From Macrostomum lignano (taxonomy: Eukaryota), in contig NIVC01003611.1 of assembly GCA_002269645.1 (NCBI GenBank), positions 24,037 through 88,036 of the forward strand: 64,000 bases of DNA, in the 5' to 3' direction. The notes beneath the pieces are model-generated. The model had not been told where the DNA came from, did no database searches, and saw only the letters and a list, made by a program, of their open reading frames with translations. The position numbers and the translations under genes were made by a program. Of the stretch, positions 51,600 through 64,000 are shown piece after piece (within the stretch, counting starts at the first letter, position 1; every line of letters starts with the position of its first letter).

Positions 51600-52450
51600 G
51601 AAGCGCCAACTGGGGCAGCTTAGTGGCGCCCAACCGGGGAGCTTAAGGTGGCGCCAACCGGGGCAGCTTAGTGGCACCCAACCGGGGAGCTTGACGTGGC
51701 GCCAACCGGGGCAGCTTAGTGGCGCCCAACCGGGGAGCTTAAAGTGAGGGCAGTGAAATGTGGCGCCAACTGGGGAGCTTAAAGTGGCGCCAACCGGGGA
51801 GCTTAAAGTGGCGCCAACCGGGGCAGCTTAAAGTGGCGCCAACCGGAAGCTTAACGTGATTAAAGTGGCGCCAACCGGAGAGCTTAAAGTGGCACCAACC
51901 GGGGCAGCTTAAAGTGGCGCCAACCGGAAGCTTAACGTGATTAAAGTGGCGCCAACCGGGGAGCTTAAAGTGGCGCCAACCGGGGCAGCTTAAAATGGCG
52001 CCAACCGGGGCAGCTTAAAATGGCGCCAACCGGGGCAGCTTAAAATGGCGCCAACCGGGGCAGGTTGAAGTGGCGCCAATTCGGGAGCTTAAAGTGGCGC
52101 CAACCGCGGAGCTTGACGTGGCGCCAACCGGGGAGCTTAAAGTGGCGCCAACCGGGGCAGCTTAAAGTGGCGCCAACCGGAAGCTTAACGTGATTAAAGT
52201 GGCGCCAACCGGGGAGCTTAAAGTGGCGCCAACCGGGGCAGCTTAAAATGGCGCCAACCGGGGCAGCTTAAAATGGCGCCAACCGGGGCAGCTTAAAATG
52301 GCGCCAACCGGGGCAGGTTGAAGTGGCGCCAATTCGGGAGCTTAAAGTGGCGCCAACCGCGGAGCTTGACGTGGCGCCAACCGGGGAGCTTAAAGTGGCG
52401 CCAACCGGGGAGCTTAAAGTGGTGCTAACTGGGGAGCTTAAAGTGGCGGT
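51600..52450. repeat. ~23-24-bp array AAGTGGCGCCAACCGGGGAGCTTA
   Basis: Visible. Confidence 0.93.
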
Positions 52451-53079
52451 GAAATTGGGGCGCTGACTCGGGGCACCAAGAGCCCGCAGGAACTGAGACA
52501 GAGTATGAAGTGACATGCATGTAACAGAAATGCGTACACCTATCAGTTTCCTGGAGATGGCAAAGCCAGTCTCTATGCCGGAGCCCTGTTCCCACGCAGT
52601 CTGTCTGCCCATGAAACTGGCATACAGCACATGCACACTTTGTCCAGGCCAGAGCCAGAGCCCAAGCCCGGACCCGAGAACTCAGGTGCACGCGAACTAA
52701 AATATAGTCACAGAGACCCCCCCTAAATTCAACCCCCAAATGCTGCATCAAGTTTGCCCCAGTCTCCACCTTCCATCCCTTCCCTTGTAGACAGACAAAG
52801 ACGTGGGCCCCTAGCTGCAATAGGCCAGTCCAGGTGTCGGGGCGCACTTCAATTAAAGAATTAAGCCAGGATTCGAGCACGAACTTCTGCTTCAATCAAT
52901 ATGGGTTCAGTTAATTATGGCGAATAAGAGCGTAGTTGCGGTTTTCGTCATACACATTTATTTACAATGCGTCTGTAACAAATACTGAAGCAGTTGAAAC
53001 GGTGATTTAGTGAGGATTTGCAAGGGGTCATAGCTTACAGACTCGTGGGGATTTGGGAAAAAACAGATTCTTTGGGATC

Positions 53080-53990
53080 CTTAATGGGATTCTTAACCCT
53101 CTGGGAATGGGGATTTGGAATCGCGATGGGATATTTAAACTCTTTGCGAATGGGGATTTGGGATCGTAATGGGATTCCTAAACTCTTTAGGAGTGGGGAT
53201 TTGAGATCGTAATGGGATTCTTAAACTTTTTAAGGAATGAGGATTTGAGATCGAAATGGGATTCTTAAACTATTTAGGAATGGGGATTTGAGATCGAAAT
53301 GGGATTCTTAAACTCTTTGGGATGGGGATTTGAGATCGCAATGGGATTCTTAAACTCTTTGGGATGGGGATTTGAGATCGTAATGGGATTCTTAAACTCT
53401 TTGGGATGGGATTTGAGATCGTAATGGGATCCTTAAACTATTTAAGAATGAGCATTTGAGATCGAAATGGGATTCTTAAATTCGTTAGGAATGAGGATTT
53501 GAGATCGTAATGGGATTCTTAAACTCTTTGGGATGGGGATTTGAGATCGTAATGGGATTCTTAAACTCTTTGGGATGGGGATTTGAAATCGTAATGGGAT
53601 TCTTAAAATCTTTGGGATGGGGATTTGAGATCGTAATGGGATTCTTAAAATCTTTGGGATGGGGATTTGAAATCGTAATGGGATTCTTAAAATCTTTGGG
53701 ATGGGGATTTGAGATCGTAATGGGATTCTTAAACTCTTTGGGATGGGGATTTGAGATCGCAATGGGATTCTTAAACTCTTTGGGATGGGGATTTGAGATC
53801 GCAATGGGATTCTTAAACTCTGGGAATGGGAATTCGGGATCGTAATGGGATTTTTAAACCTGGGAATGGGGATTTGAGATCGTAATGGGATTCCTAAACT
53901 CTTTAGGAATGGGGATTTTAGATCGTAAGGGGATTTTTAAACTCTGGGAATGGGAATTTGAGATCGTAATGGGATTTCTTAAACTCATTG
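53080..53990. repeat. 39-bp array GATTTGAGATCGTAATGGGATTCTTAAACTCTTTGGGATGG-type
   Basis: Visible. Confidence 0.93.
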
Positions 53991-54052
53991 GCTCTACTTA
54001 TAAACTCGATAAGAACAGTTCATCGGGAATATAGTCGCATTCGAATAGAGCA

Positions 54053-55179
54053 TCAGGGATCAAAGTCGAACATTCCTAAGCAGCGGACGGCCATGTCGGC
54101 GGGCAGCGCCAGGAATGGTCGCAGCGGCTGGCCGCTCAACATGGCTGAGGCTGGAAGGTGCAGCACCTCGGTGGCGTCGGGGTCCGCGCCAGGCTGGGAG
54201 TGGCTCAGCCGGACCTCCTGCTGCGAGCCGTCGCCGCCGCCCGAGCAGCGGAGGCTGAGCGCCAGCTCATCACCGGCCAGCAGCCGAGGCCAGGCTTTAG
54301 TGGGCTGGCTGTGCCAGTTCTCGCTGGCCGGCCGAGCCGACAGAGCCGCCGGGTCCTCGGGCAGCGGCTGCCAGTCATCGTGGAGACCGTAGCCGTTCGG
54401 TGACCAGGCGGTGACGCCGAATGTGAGCTGCTGGCGCCGCTGCTGCTGGTGCAGCTTGCTCGGCCGGGTGACTTGAAGCAGCAGCTGCTGGTTGGTCTGC
54501 AACCGCTCGGCGCTCAGGGCATAGCAGGTTGAGCGGTCGCCTGACTCGGCCTCCACAGAGTCAACCAAGTAGCGCTGCTCGCCGGAGCGCACCGACAGCA
54601 GGTAGGTATCATCCTTCGTCAGGCGGAGCAGCTGCTCGCCAACAACGCCGTCTCGCCTGCTGCGCCTTCTAGAAGTATTGGCGAAATCTATATAAGCCGG
54701 CTGGCCGAGAAGCTCGACCACGGGCCAGAAGCCTTTGCCACCGCGGCAGCTGAGACTGGCCGAGGCTGGCAGCAGCAGGGTCTCCTGGCAGTCGCCGTAG
54801 TGGCAGCACAACAGCAGTTGAGATGCGCCATCCGGCCATTGCAGACTGAACTGCACCTTCCTAAGTCGCCTGCCGGCCCGACAAGCTACAGGCAGCAGCC
54901 AGGTGTCTCTGGGCCCCAGCTTGGCAGCTCGAGGCGCGTCTGGCGATCGACTGGTGACGCCAACCCGGATTGAACCGCGCCAGGCTGGCGGGGCGCGCAG
55001 TCGAAACCGCAGTGGCTTGTCACCTGGGCAAATATTTGTCTCACCGTAGCAACGGCCGCCGTCAAATCCGTGTTGTACCCGGTAAACCGAGTGCCGCGTT
55101 CGTTAATTCGGAGGTTGCTGTCCGCTAAGCAACGAAATTTAATGTCGCTTTGATGAGCACGAGACGTGCATGGACCCAT
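54053..55179 (-). CDS. Neuralized-like protein with two NHR domains, intronless, interrupted by a 1-nt frameshift near 55080
   Basis: ORF 54886-55179 begins MGPC...IKFRCLADSNLRINERGTRFT. Shifting frame gives RVQHGFDGGRCYGETNICPGDKPLRFRLRAPPAWRGSIRVGVTSRSP..., which is continuous with ORF 54053-54856 and its second NHR (CYALSAERL...LTFGVTAWSP...LPEDP...GDELALSL...PLRPFLAL). The span is 1127 nt, one base short of 376 codons. No RING domain is seen. Confidence 0.7.
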
Positions 55180-56569
55180 TTAACCTCTTACCGAAGTTTG
55201 AACTTTTTTCTAATTATATTATCGATTACACCATAGTGTGTGTGTGTGCGTCTCTAGGGTCTGGTCAAGAAGACTTTAGTCTAAACCACTACTGGGTGTG
55301 AAGCGATGCCAATTTGGGCTCAATTTAAAAGCCTTTACCGTGGCTGAAAAGTCACGAGGGTCGGAGCGGAAGGGTCTTCCTGGCTGGTTCAATGAATGAA
55401 AAAGGAATAGCTGGGGTAAGATTGGCTTGTCCTTTGCAGTTTTCTCTCTCCCCTCTCCGTCCCTCACTATTTTTATTGCGGCCTTTCCTCTCCCGCCTCC
55501 GCAAAATCTAGACTGTACACTGAGGGCCATCGGAGCTGTGGAGGAGGCTTGAACCGGAGTGGGTGGTTATAAAATTAGACCCACCCTTGATGAGTCATTA
55601 ACTTTGGGGGGGACCGGCTCTCCAACTGTGCGTACCAGCACAACCCCCCTCTCGCGAGAACTGGCCTCAATTCCCAAACCCTTCTAGCTAGTGAAAAGAA
55701 CGGTCCTTTTTGTACTTTATTATTCGTTCACTTAATTGTCCTTCCTTTATCCTTTGCCCCGAGCGGGCCGAGCTCCCATTCTTAGCTGAGCGAGCGAAAG
55801 CGAAACAAGTTGAAATGAAACAGGAAAGAACAAACTGTGCCTCGTCCAAAAAAGCTCTCTTCTCTCACCAAGGCCAAACACTAAATGTCTTTCTACTCTT
55901 TGTTTATTTCCACGTTTTCCCCTAAATTTTGCATTTACTCATTGTTCATGACAGCTCGTATGCTCAAGCTTAACGAGAAGAATTTATTGCTCCCGTCTTT
56001 TTTGTGTTAGGTATTTATTCAGGTATTCGCGGATTTTGGTTCTGGTTTTGGTTTTGGGCCTTGGCCTGGCCTGTGGGCCTAGCATTTTGTTCCATGCACA
56101 TTAAGCCTTGTTACTAGGCTAATTGCCACTTGCCATTTGTCCAGCCAGCCCACCTTTAAGACCAAAGCAAATGTTTGCCATATTTGGCTAGTTGCTCGCC
56201 CGATTGTCCCCTACTCCCCGCTTTTTCCATCAATCTCTTTTCCTTTGTTCTCCACTATGCTATTCAGAGTTCAGACTACGCTTGTACAGTGCAACAACCC
56301 GCTTTCATGAACACAAGGTAAAATCAGGGACGCCCTGGAATTTTAGTCTGGACTGTGAAAGCAGAACCCTACAAATTATCACCAGAACAGACCAGGTTTT
56401 GTCAATTTTTTTGCAGATTCAAGCTTGGGAAGGGATTCGGTGACTAAGGGGACAGAAGAAGTTTGCACCTTGTGTTTGTGTCACGTTACGTATAAATTCT
56501 CCAATAAGTGGAGGAGTGCGCTTCTGTTGCTAGCTTTTTATCGTCTCGTTTCCCATACAAACAGTTTGT

Positions 56570-59340
56570 CCAAGCTCACTGCTAATTCACAATCCCCAAG
56601 CTTCACACCCACTGCTAATTCACAATCCTCAAGCTTCACACCCACTGCTAATTCACAATCCCCAAGCTTCACACCCACTGCTAATTCACAATCCCCAAGC
56701 TTCACACCCACTGCTAATTCACAATCCTCAAGCTTCACACCCACTGCTAATTCACAATCCCCAAGCTTCACACTCACTGCTAATTCACAATCCCCAAGCT
56801 TCACACTCACTGCTAATTCACAATCTTCAAGCTTCACACTCACTGCTAATTCACAATCCCCAAGCTTCACACCCACTGCTAATTCACAATCCCCAAGCTT
56901 CACACTCACTGCTAATTCACAATTCCCAAGCTTCAACTCACTGCTAATTCACAATCACCAAGTTTCACACTCACTGCTAATTCACAATACCCAAGCTTCA
57001 CACCCACTGCTAATTCACAATCCCCAAGCATCACACCCACTGCTAATTCACAATCCCCAAGCATCACACCCACTGCTAATTCACAATCCCCAAGCTTCAC
57101 ACCCACTGCTAATTCACAATTCCCAAGTTTCACCAATTCCCAAGCTTCGCAATCCCCAAGCTTCACAATTCCCAAGTTTCACCAATTCCCAAGCTTCGCA
57201 ATCCCCAAGCTTCACAATTCCCAAGTTTCACCAATTCCCAAGTTTCACCAATTCCCAAGCTTCGCAATCCCCAAGCTTCACAATTCCCAAGTTTCACCAA
57301 TTCCCAAGCTTCGCAATCCCAAGATTCACAATTCCCAAGTTTCACCAATTCCCAAGTTTCACCAATTCCCAAGCTTCGCAATCCCCAAGCTTCACAATTC
57401 CCAAGTTTCACCAATTCCCAAGCTTCGCAATCCCCAAGCTTCACAATTCCCAAGTTTCACCAATTCCCAAGCTTCGCAATCCCCAAGCTTCACAATTCCC
57501 AAGTTTCACCAATTCCCAAGTTTCACCAATTCCCAAGCTTCACAATTCCCAAGTTTCACCAATTCCCAAGTTTCACCAATTCCCAAGCTTCGCAATCCCC
57601 AAGCTTCACAATTCCCAAGTTTCACCAATTCCCAAGCTTCGCAATCCCAAGATTCACAATTCCCAAGTTTCACCAATTCCCAAGTTTCACCAATTCCCAA
57701 GCTTCACAATTCCCAAGTTTCACCAATTCCCAAGTTTCACCAATTCCCAAGCTTCGCAATCCCCAAGATTCACAATTCCCAAGTTTCACCAATTCCCAAG
57801 CTTCGCAATCCCCAAGCTTCACAATTCCCAAGTTTCACCAATTCCCAAGCTTCGCAATCCCCAAGCTTCACAATTCCCAAGTTTCACCAATTCCCAAGCT
57901 TCGCAATCCCCAAGCTTCACAATTCCCAAGTTTCACCAATTCCCAAGTTTCACCAATTCCCAAGCTTCGCAATCCCCAAGATTCACAATTTCCAAGTTTC
58001 ACCAATTCCCAAGCTTCGCAATCCCCAAGATTCACAATTCCCAAGTTTCACCAATTCCCAAGCTTCGCAATCCCCAAGCTTCACAATTCCCAAGTTTCAC
58101 CAATTCCCAAGCTTTGCAATCCCCAAGCTTCACAATTCCCAAGTTTCACCAATTCCCAAGCTTCGCAATCCCCAAGCTTCACAATTCCCAAGTTTCACCA
58201 ATTCCCAAGCTTCGCAATCCCCAAGCTTCACAATTCCCAAGTTTCACCAATTCCCAAGCTTCGCAATCCCCAAGCTTCACAATTCCCAAGTTTCACCAAT
58301 TCCCAAGTTTCACCAATTCCCAAGCTTCGCAATCCCCAAGCTTCACAATTCCCAAGTTTCACCAATTCCCAAGCTTCGCAATCCCCAAGATTCACAATTC
58401 CCAAGTTTCACCAATTCCCAAGTTTCACCAATTCCCAAGCTTCGCAATCCCCAAGCTTCACAATTCCCAAGTTTCACCAATTCCCAAGCTTCGCAATCCC
58501 CAAGCTTCACAATTCCCAAGTTTCACCAATTCCCAAGCTTCGCAATCCCCAAGCTTCACAATTCCCAAGTTTCACCAATTCCCAAGTTTCACCAATTCCC
58601 AAGCTTCACAATTCCCAAGTTTCACCAATTCCCAAGTTTCACCAATTCCCAAGCTTCGCAATCCCCAAGCTTCACAATTCCCAAGTTTCACCAATTCCCA
58701 AGCTTCGCAATCCCCAAGATTCACAATTCCCAAGTTTCACCAATTCCCAAGTTTCACCAATTCCCAAGCTTCACAATTCCCAAGTTTCACCAATTCCCAA
58801 GTTTCACCAATTCCCAAGCTTCGCAATCCCCAAGATTCACAATTCCCAAGTTTCACCAATTCCCAAGCTTCGCAATCCCCAAGCTTCGCAATCCCCAAGT
58901 TTCACCAATTCCCAAGCTTCGCAATCCCCAAGTTTCACAATCCCCAAGTTTCACCAATTCCCAAGCTTCGCAATCCCCAAGCTTCACAATTCCCAAGTTT
59001 CACCAATTCCCAAGCTTCGCAATCCCAAGCTTCACAATTCCCAAGTTTCACCAATTCCCAAGCTTCGCAATCCCCAAGCTTCACAATTCCCAAGTTTCAC
59101 CAATTCCCAAGCTTCGCAATCCCCAAGCTTCACAATTCCCAAGTTTCACCAATTCCCAAGCTTCGCAATCCCCAAGCTTCACAATTCCCAAGTTTCACCA
59201 ATTCCCAAGCTTTGCAATCCCCAAGCTTCACAATTCCCAAGTTTCACCAATTCCCAAGCTTTGCAATCCCCAAGCTTCACAATCCCCAAGCTTCACAATC
59301 CCCAAGCTTCACAATGCCCAAGCTTCGCAATCTCCAAGCT
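56570..59340. repeat. Compound satellite: 33-bp units (56570-57120) grading into 16-17-bp CCCAAG(C/T)TTC... units
   Basis: Visible. Confidence 0.95.
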
Positions 59341-59999
59341 AATTCTACTGACATCCAATTGTTCTGTTTAGTTGCCATTTTCATTTAAAATGTCAATTGG
59401 GGTCTGAAAGTCAAGAATTAGATAGGGAAAATACTGCAGACATGGCAGGGTTCATGTGCGTTCCCACGATAAGGAGGATTTTCGATGAGGTGGCGGTGGG
59501 TGGAGCTAGAATATGAGTATAATAGGACTGACCCTATCTGGCGAGTGTGGGTGGAGTGTGGGTGGTCCGCCCACACTTCTCAAGTCCAAACCTTGTAGTG
59601 TAAGAGATGACTAACTGCGGCAGCCCAGATCTAGGACACCCCAAAACCTCTGAGAAACTACCAATACATACTTCGACTACGGGTTTCATATTTTCAGAAC
59701 GAAACCAAAGTTAGTCAACTACTCGTAGTTGCCTAAAATGAACCCGGAAACAGCCAGCCAATTTACTTTTCGGAACACCAGCGATTATTCGCACAACTCA
59801 AAGTCGCAATCTTCATTTTTTCAGAAGCGTGAATTTCGATCGCACAGATTCCCACGGTAATGCCCTTTAACTGCATGGCTTCGGTACTTGAGGCTTGTAA
59901 ACCAATGTTTGGTGTACAGTAGCGCAGCTGGCGTACGCAGAGGGGGCCAGGGCCCAGGAGCTCAACTTTGCCGCCTCTTGGACGTAGCATTCACCGCCT

Positions 60000-60125
60000 A
60001 AGAGACAGAGACAGGGCGCCAACCAAGAGACAGCGGCGCCAATCAAGAGACAGGGGCGCCAATCAAGAGACAGAGGCGCCAACCAAGAGACAAGGGCGCC
60101 AATCAAGAGACAGGGGCGCCAACCA
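60000..60125. repeat. 20-bp array AAGAGACAGGGGCGCCAA(C/T)C, about 6 units
   Basis: Visible. Confidence 0.9.
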
Positions 60126-60350
60126 AAAATTTGATGCTTTTGAACTGTTTTTAAAATTTAAACCCTGAGAATGAATGCAAAGAATATAATGGTTGGCACT
60201 AAGCAGTTGGATTTTTAAATGTTATTCTACCATGCATTTATTTCTACTGTTAGTAGAGAGGAAGGCTTCAATGCATAAAATATTTTAGCGTTCGACTTTG
60301 AAAGATTCAAACGAAACAGTTAGAGAAGGCTAACAGTTCCACATTTTGTG

Positions 60351-60660
<310 letters not shown>

Positions 60661-61539
60661 CTGTCCCATCAGGAGTAACGGCAGTCGTAGCATTAAAGCA
60701 TATTTACAATATTACGTACTTGTATCAAAGGTATGCACCAGGTTGAGGCTCCATTGCCTGCATTTACCCAGAGTCAATAAAATAGATGAACTATTCAGAC
60801 TGGCATCCAAGCAATCGTGTTCATCTTGGTCTCTCCCAGCCCACCCACATCCAGCTGCATTGACAACAACAACTATACAACTCCGAGCCTCACCGACCCT
60901 TCGAACAGCAAATTCTAGAAAGCAAATTCTCCGGGAAAGGGGGCGACAGGCAGACAGATTTATCATACGGTGCCCATCGGGCCTGTCATGGCCATTGCCG
61001 GACAAGCGGCCGGGGACGGCAGCAGTACATTCTGTTCTAGAAGCAGTAAGACAGGGCTCGACCTGGCTTCTTCAAAGGTAGTCAGAACCGAAATTCAGTT
61101 TGCAACGATGGCTGCGCTGCACTTTACTGCCATGCCCATCTTTTCCGGTTGGCCTGTCATTTCTCACTGTTTGCTCATCTCCCTGCCGTCTCCTCCCGCT
61201 CTCGTCCCGCCTCTGTGCAAGTGACCGCTGGGTCTCGAATATGCGCTGGCTTGAGTGGGAAAATAAATTTTCCATATTGCGGACAGCATCCCCCAGTTGG
61301 ACAAGGACTCCCCGAGGAGTGGAGGCAGACAGACAGGCACCTCATCTAGGCATCGCGATCTGTAGGGCAAGCCCCTCAAAGGTTTGAGAACAAGCCTCTC
61401 TACTCCAACTACATGCTTGGGCACATGTAGTTGCGTTTCGGCTTCATGACTGAAGCGATAGGAAAATTCATTACGCTTTAGCTGCCTGCCTGCAAGTCTG
61501 CAACCCGTTCCCTGACTGACCTTTCAGATAGTTGTCCTA

Positions 61540-64000
61540 CCACTGTCCTCTCACCCGGTCCTGAATGCTACCACTGTCCTCTCACCCGGTCCTGAATGCT
61601 ACCTCTGTCCTCTCACCCGGTCCTGAATGCTACCTCTATCCTCTCTACCGGTACTGAATGCTACCAATGTCCTCTCACCCGGTCCTGAATGCTACCGCTA
61701 TCCACTCTCCCGGTCCTGAATGCTACCTCTGTCCTCTCACCCGGTCCTGAATGCTACCGCTATCCACTCACCCGGTCCTGAATGCTACTCTGTCCTCTCA
61801 CCCGGTCCTGAATGCTACCACTGTCCTCTCACCCGGTCCTGAATGCTACCGCTATCCACTCACCCGGTCCTGAATGCTACAGCTATCTACTCACCCGGTC
61901 CTGAATGCTACCTCTGTCCTCTCACCCGGTCCTGAACGCTACCACTGTCCTCTCACCCGGTCCTGAATGCTACACTGTCCTCTCACCCGGTCCTGAATGC
62001 TACCTCTGTCCTCTCACCGCCGTCCTGAATGCTACCACTGTCCTCTCACCCGGTCCTGAATGCTACCTCTGTCCTCTCACACCGGTCCTGAATGCTAACC
62101 TCTATCCTCTCACGCCGGTCCTGAATGCTACCACTGTCCTCACCCGGGTCCTGAATGCTACCTCTGTCCTCTCACCCGGTCCTGAATGCTACCTCTGTCC
62201 TCTCACCCGTCCTGAAGCTACGCTGTCCTCTCACCCGTCCTGAATGCTACCCACTGTCCTCTCACCCGGTCCTGAATGCTACCTCTGTCCTCTCACCCGG
62301 TCCTGAATGCTACCTCTGTCCTCTCACCCGGTCCTGAATGCTACCTCTGTCCTCTCACCCGGTACTGAATGCTACCGCTGTCCTCTCACCCGGTCCTGAA
62401 TGCTACCTCTGTCCTCTCACCCGGTCCTGAATGCTACCTCTGTCCTCTCACCCGGTCCTGAATGCTACCTCTGTCCTCTCACCCGGTCCTGAATGCTACC
62501 TCTGTCCTCTCACCCGGTCCTGAATGCTACCGCTGTCCTCTCACCCGGTCCTGAATGCTACCTCTGTCCTCTCACCCGGTCCTGAATGCTACCTCTGTCC
62601 TCTCACCGGTCCTGAATGCTACCGCTGTCCTCTCACCCGGTCCTGAATGCTACCACTGTCCTCTCACCCGGTCCTGAATGCTACCACTGTCCTCTCACCC
62701 GGTCCTGAATGCTACTCTGTCCTCTCACCCGGTCCTGAATGCTACCTCTGTCCTCTCACCCGGTCCTGAATGCTACTCTGTCCTCTCACCCGGTCCTGAA
62801 TGCTACCTCTGTCCTCTCACCCGGTCCTGAATGCTACCGCTATCCACTCACCCGGTCCTGAATGCTACAGCTATCTACTCACCCGGTCCTGAATGCTACC
62901 TCTGTCCTCTCACCCGGTCCTGAATGCTACCACTGTCCTCTCACCCGGTCCTGAATGCTACCACTGTCCTCTCACCCGGTCCTGAATGCTACCACTGTCC
63001 TCTCACCGGTCCTGAATGCTACCACTGTCCTCTCACCCGGTCCTGAATGCTACCTCTGTCCTCTCACCCGGTCCTGAATGCTACTCTGTCCTCTCACCCG
63101 GTCCTGAATGCTACCTCTGTCCTCTCACCCGGTCCTGAATGCTACCGCTATCCACTCACCCGGTCCTGAATGCTACAGCTATCTACTCACCGGTCCTGAA
63201 TGCTACCTTTGTCCTCTCACCCGGTCCTGAATGCTACCACTGTCCTCTCACCCGGTCCTGAATGCTACCACTGTCCTCTCACCCGGTCCTGAATGCTACC
63301 TCTGTCCTCTCACCCGGTACTGAATGCTACCTCTGTCCTCTCACCCGGTACTGAATGCTACCTCTGTCCTCTCACCCGGTCCTGAATGCTACCTCTGTCC
63401 TCTCACTCGGTCCTGAATGCTACCTCTGTCTCTCACCCGGTCCTGAATGCTACCACTGTCCTCTCACCCGGTCCTGAATGCTACCTCTGTCCTCTCACCC
63501 GGTCCTGAATGCTACCTCTGTCCTCTCACCCCGGTCCTGAATGCTACCTCTGTCCTCTCACCCGGTCCTGAATGCTACCTCTGTCCTCTCACCCGGTCCT
63601 GAATGCTACCACTGTCCTCTCACCCGGTCCTGATGCTACCACTGTCCTCTCACCCGGTCCTGAATGCTACCGCTATCCACTCAAGCCGTCCTGAATGCTA
63701 CCGCTGTCCTCTCACCCGGTCCTGAATGCTACAGCTATCCTACTCACCGGTCCTGAATGCTACCGCTATCCTCTCACCCGGTCCTGAATGCTACAGCTAT
63801 CCTCTCACCCGGTCCTGAATGCTACAGCTATCTCTACACTCCGGTACCGGTCCTGAATGCTACCTCTGTCCTCTCACCCGTCCTGAATGCTACCACTGTC
63901 CTCTCACCCGGTACTGAATGCTACCGCTGTCCTCTCACCCAGTCCTGAATGCTACCTCTGTCCTCTCACCCGGTCCTGAATGCTACATCTGTCCTCTCAC
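61540..64000. repeat. 31-bp satellite CCTCTCACCCGGTCCTGAATGCTACC(A/T)CTGT, running off the window end
   Basis: Visible. Confidence 0.98.

Noticed and set aside
56425-59388. 987-aa ORF
   Set aside because: Lies almost entirely within a G-poor satellite; no non-repetitive domain.
61406-61433. Perfect 10-bp hairpin CAACTACATG...CATGTAGTTG
   Set aside because: Isolated; one such stem is expected by chance in 64 kb.

Overview
Eukaryotic (invertebrate animal) genomic scaffold with spliced genes buried in a very high density of mini- and microsatellites; the style resembles a free-living flatworm such as Macrostomum, but the organism is only an inference. Genes supported by manual splicing and translation: (1) a NALF1/FAM155-like NALCN auxiliary subunit (minus strand, two exons, continuing off the left edge); (2) a complete 9-exon MORC2-like GHKL ATPase/zf-CW gene (plus, 27132-34964, 956 aa), plus a second copy of its exons 1-3 at 22195-22539; (3) a 5-exon melatonin-receptor-like class A GPCR (minus, 40740-45254, 367 aa); (4) an intronless two-NHR (Neuralized-repeat) gene with a 1-nt frameshift (minus, 54053-55179); (5) a possible Cys/Gly/Gln/Pro-rich orphan ORF. 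Mobile DNA includes a 697-bp MITE with ~260-bp TIRs and an 8-bp TSD, two Harbinger-type MITEs, a tRNA/CORE-type SINE and a decayed piggyBac-like transposase. Most ORFs in the supplied track are satellite artefacts, and the 6.4-kb duplication around the N gap looks like an assembly overlap. The most striking feature is an ~11-kb sharply bounded AT-rich, CpG-depleted domain (about 16350-27600). Its repeats are shifted by C>T/G>A relative to relatives outside it, and it contains the first three MORC2 coding exons (low GC3, no CpG), which splice in frame to GC-rich downstream exons. This suggests localized deamination-type mutation over the 5' end of a chromatin-silencing gene.
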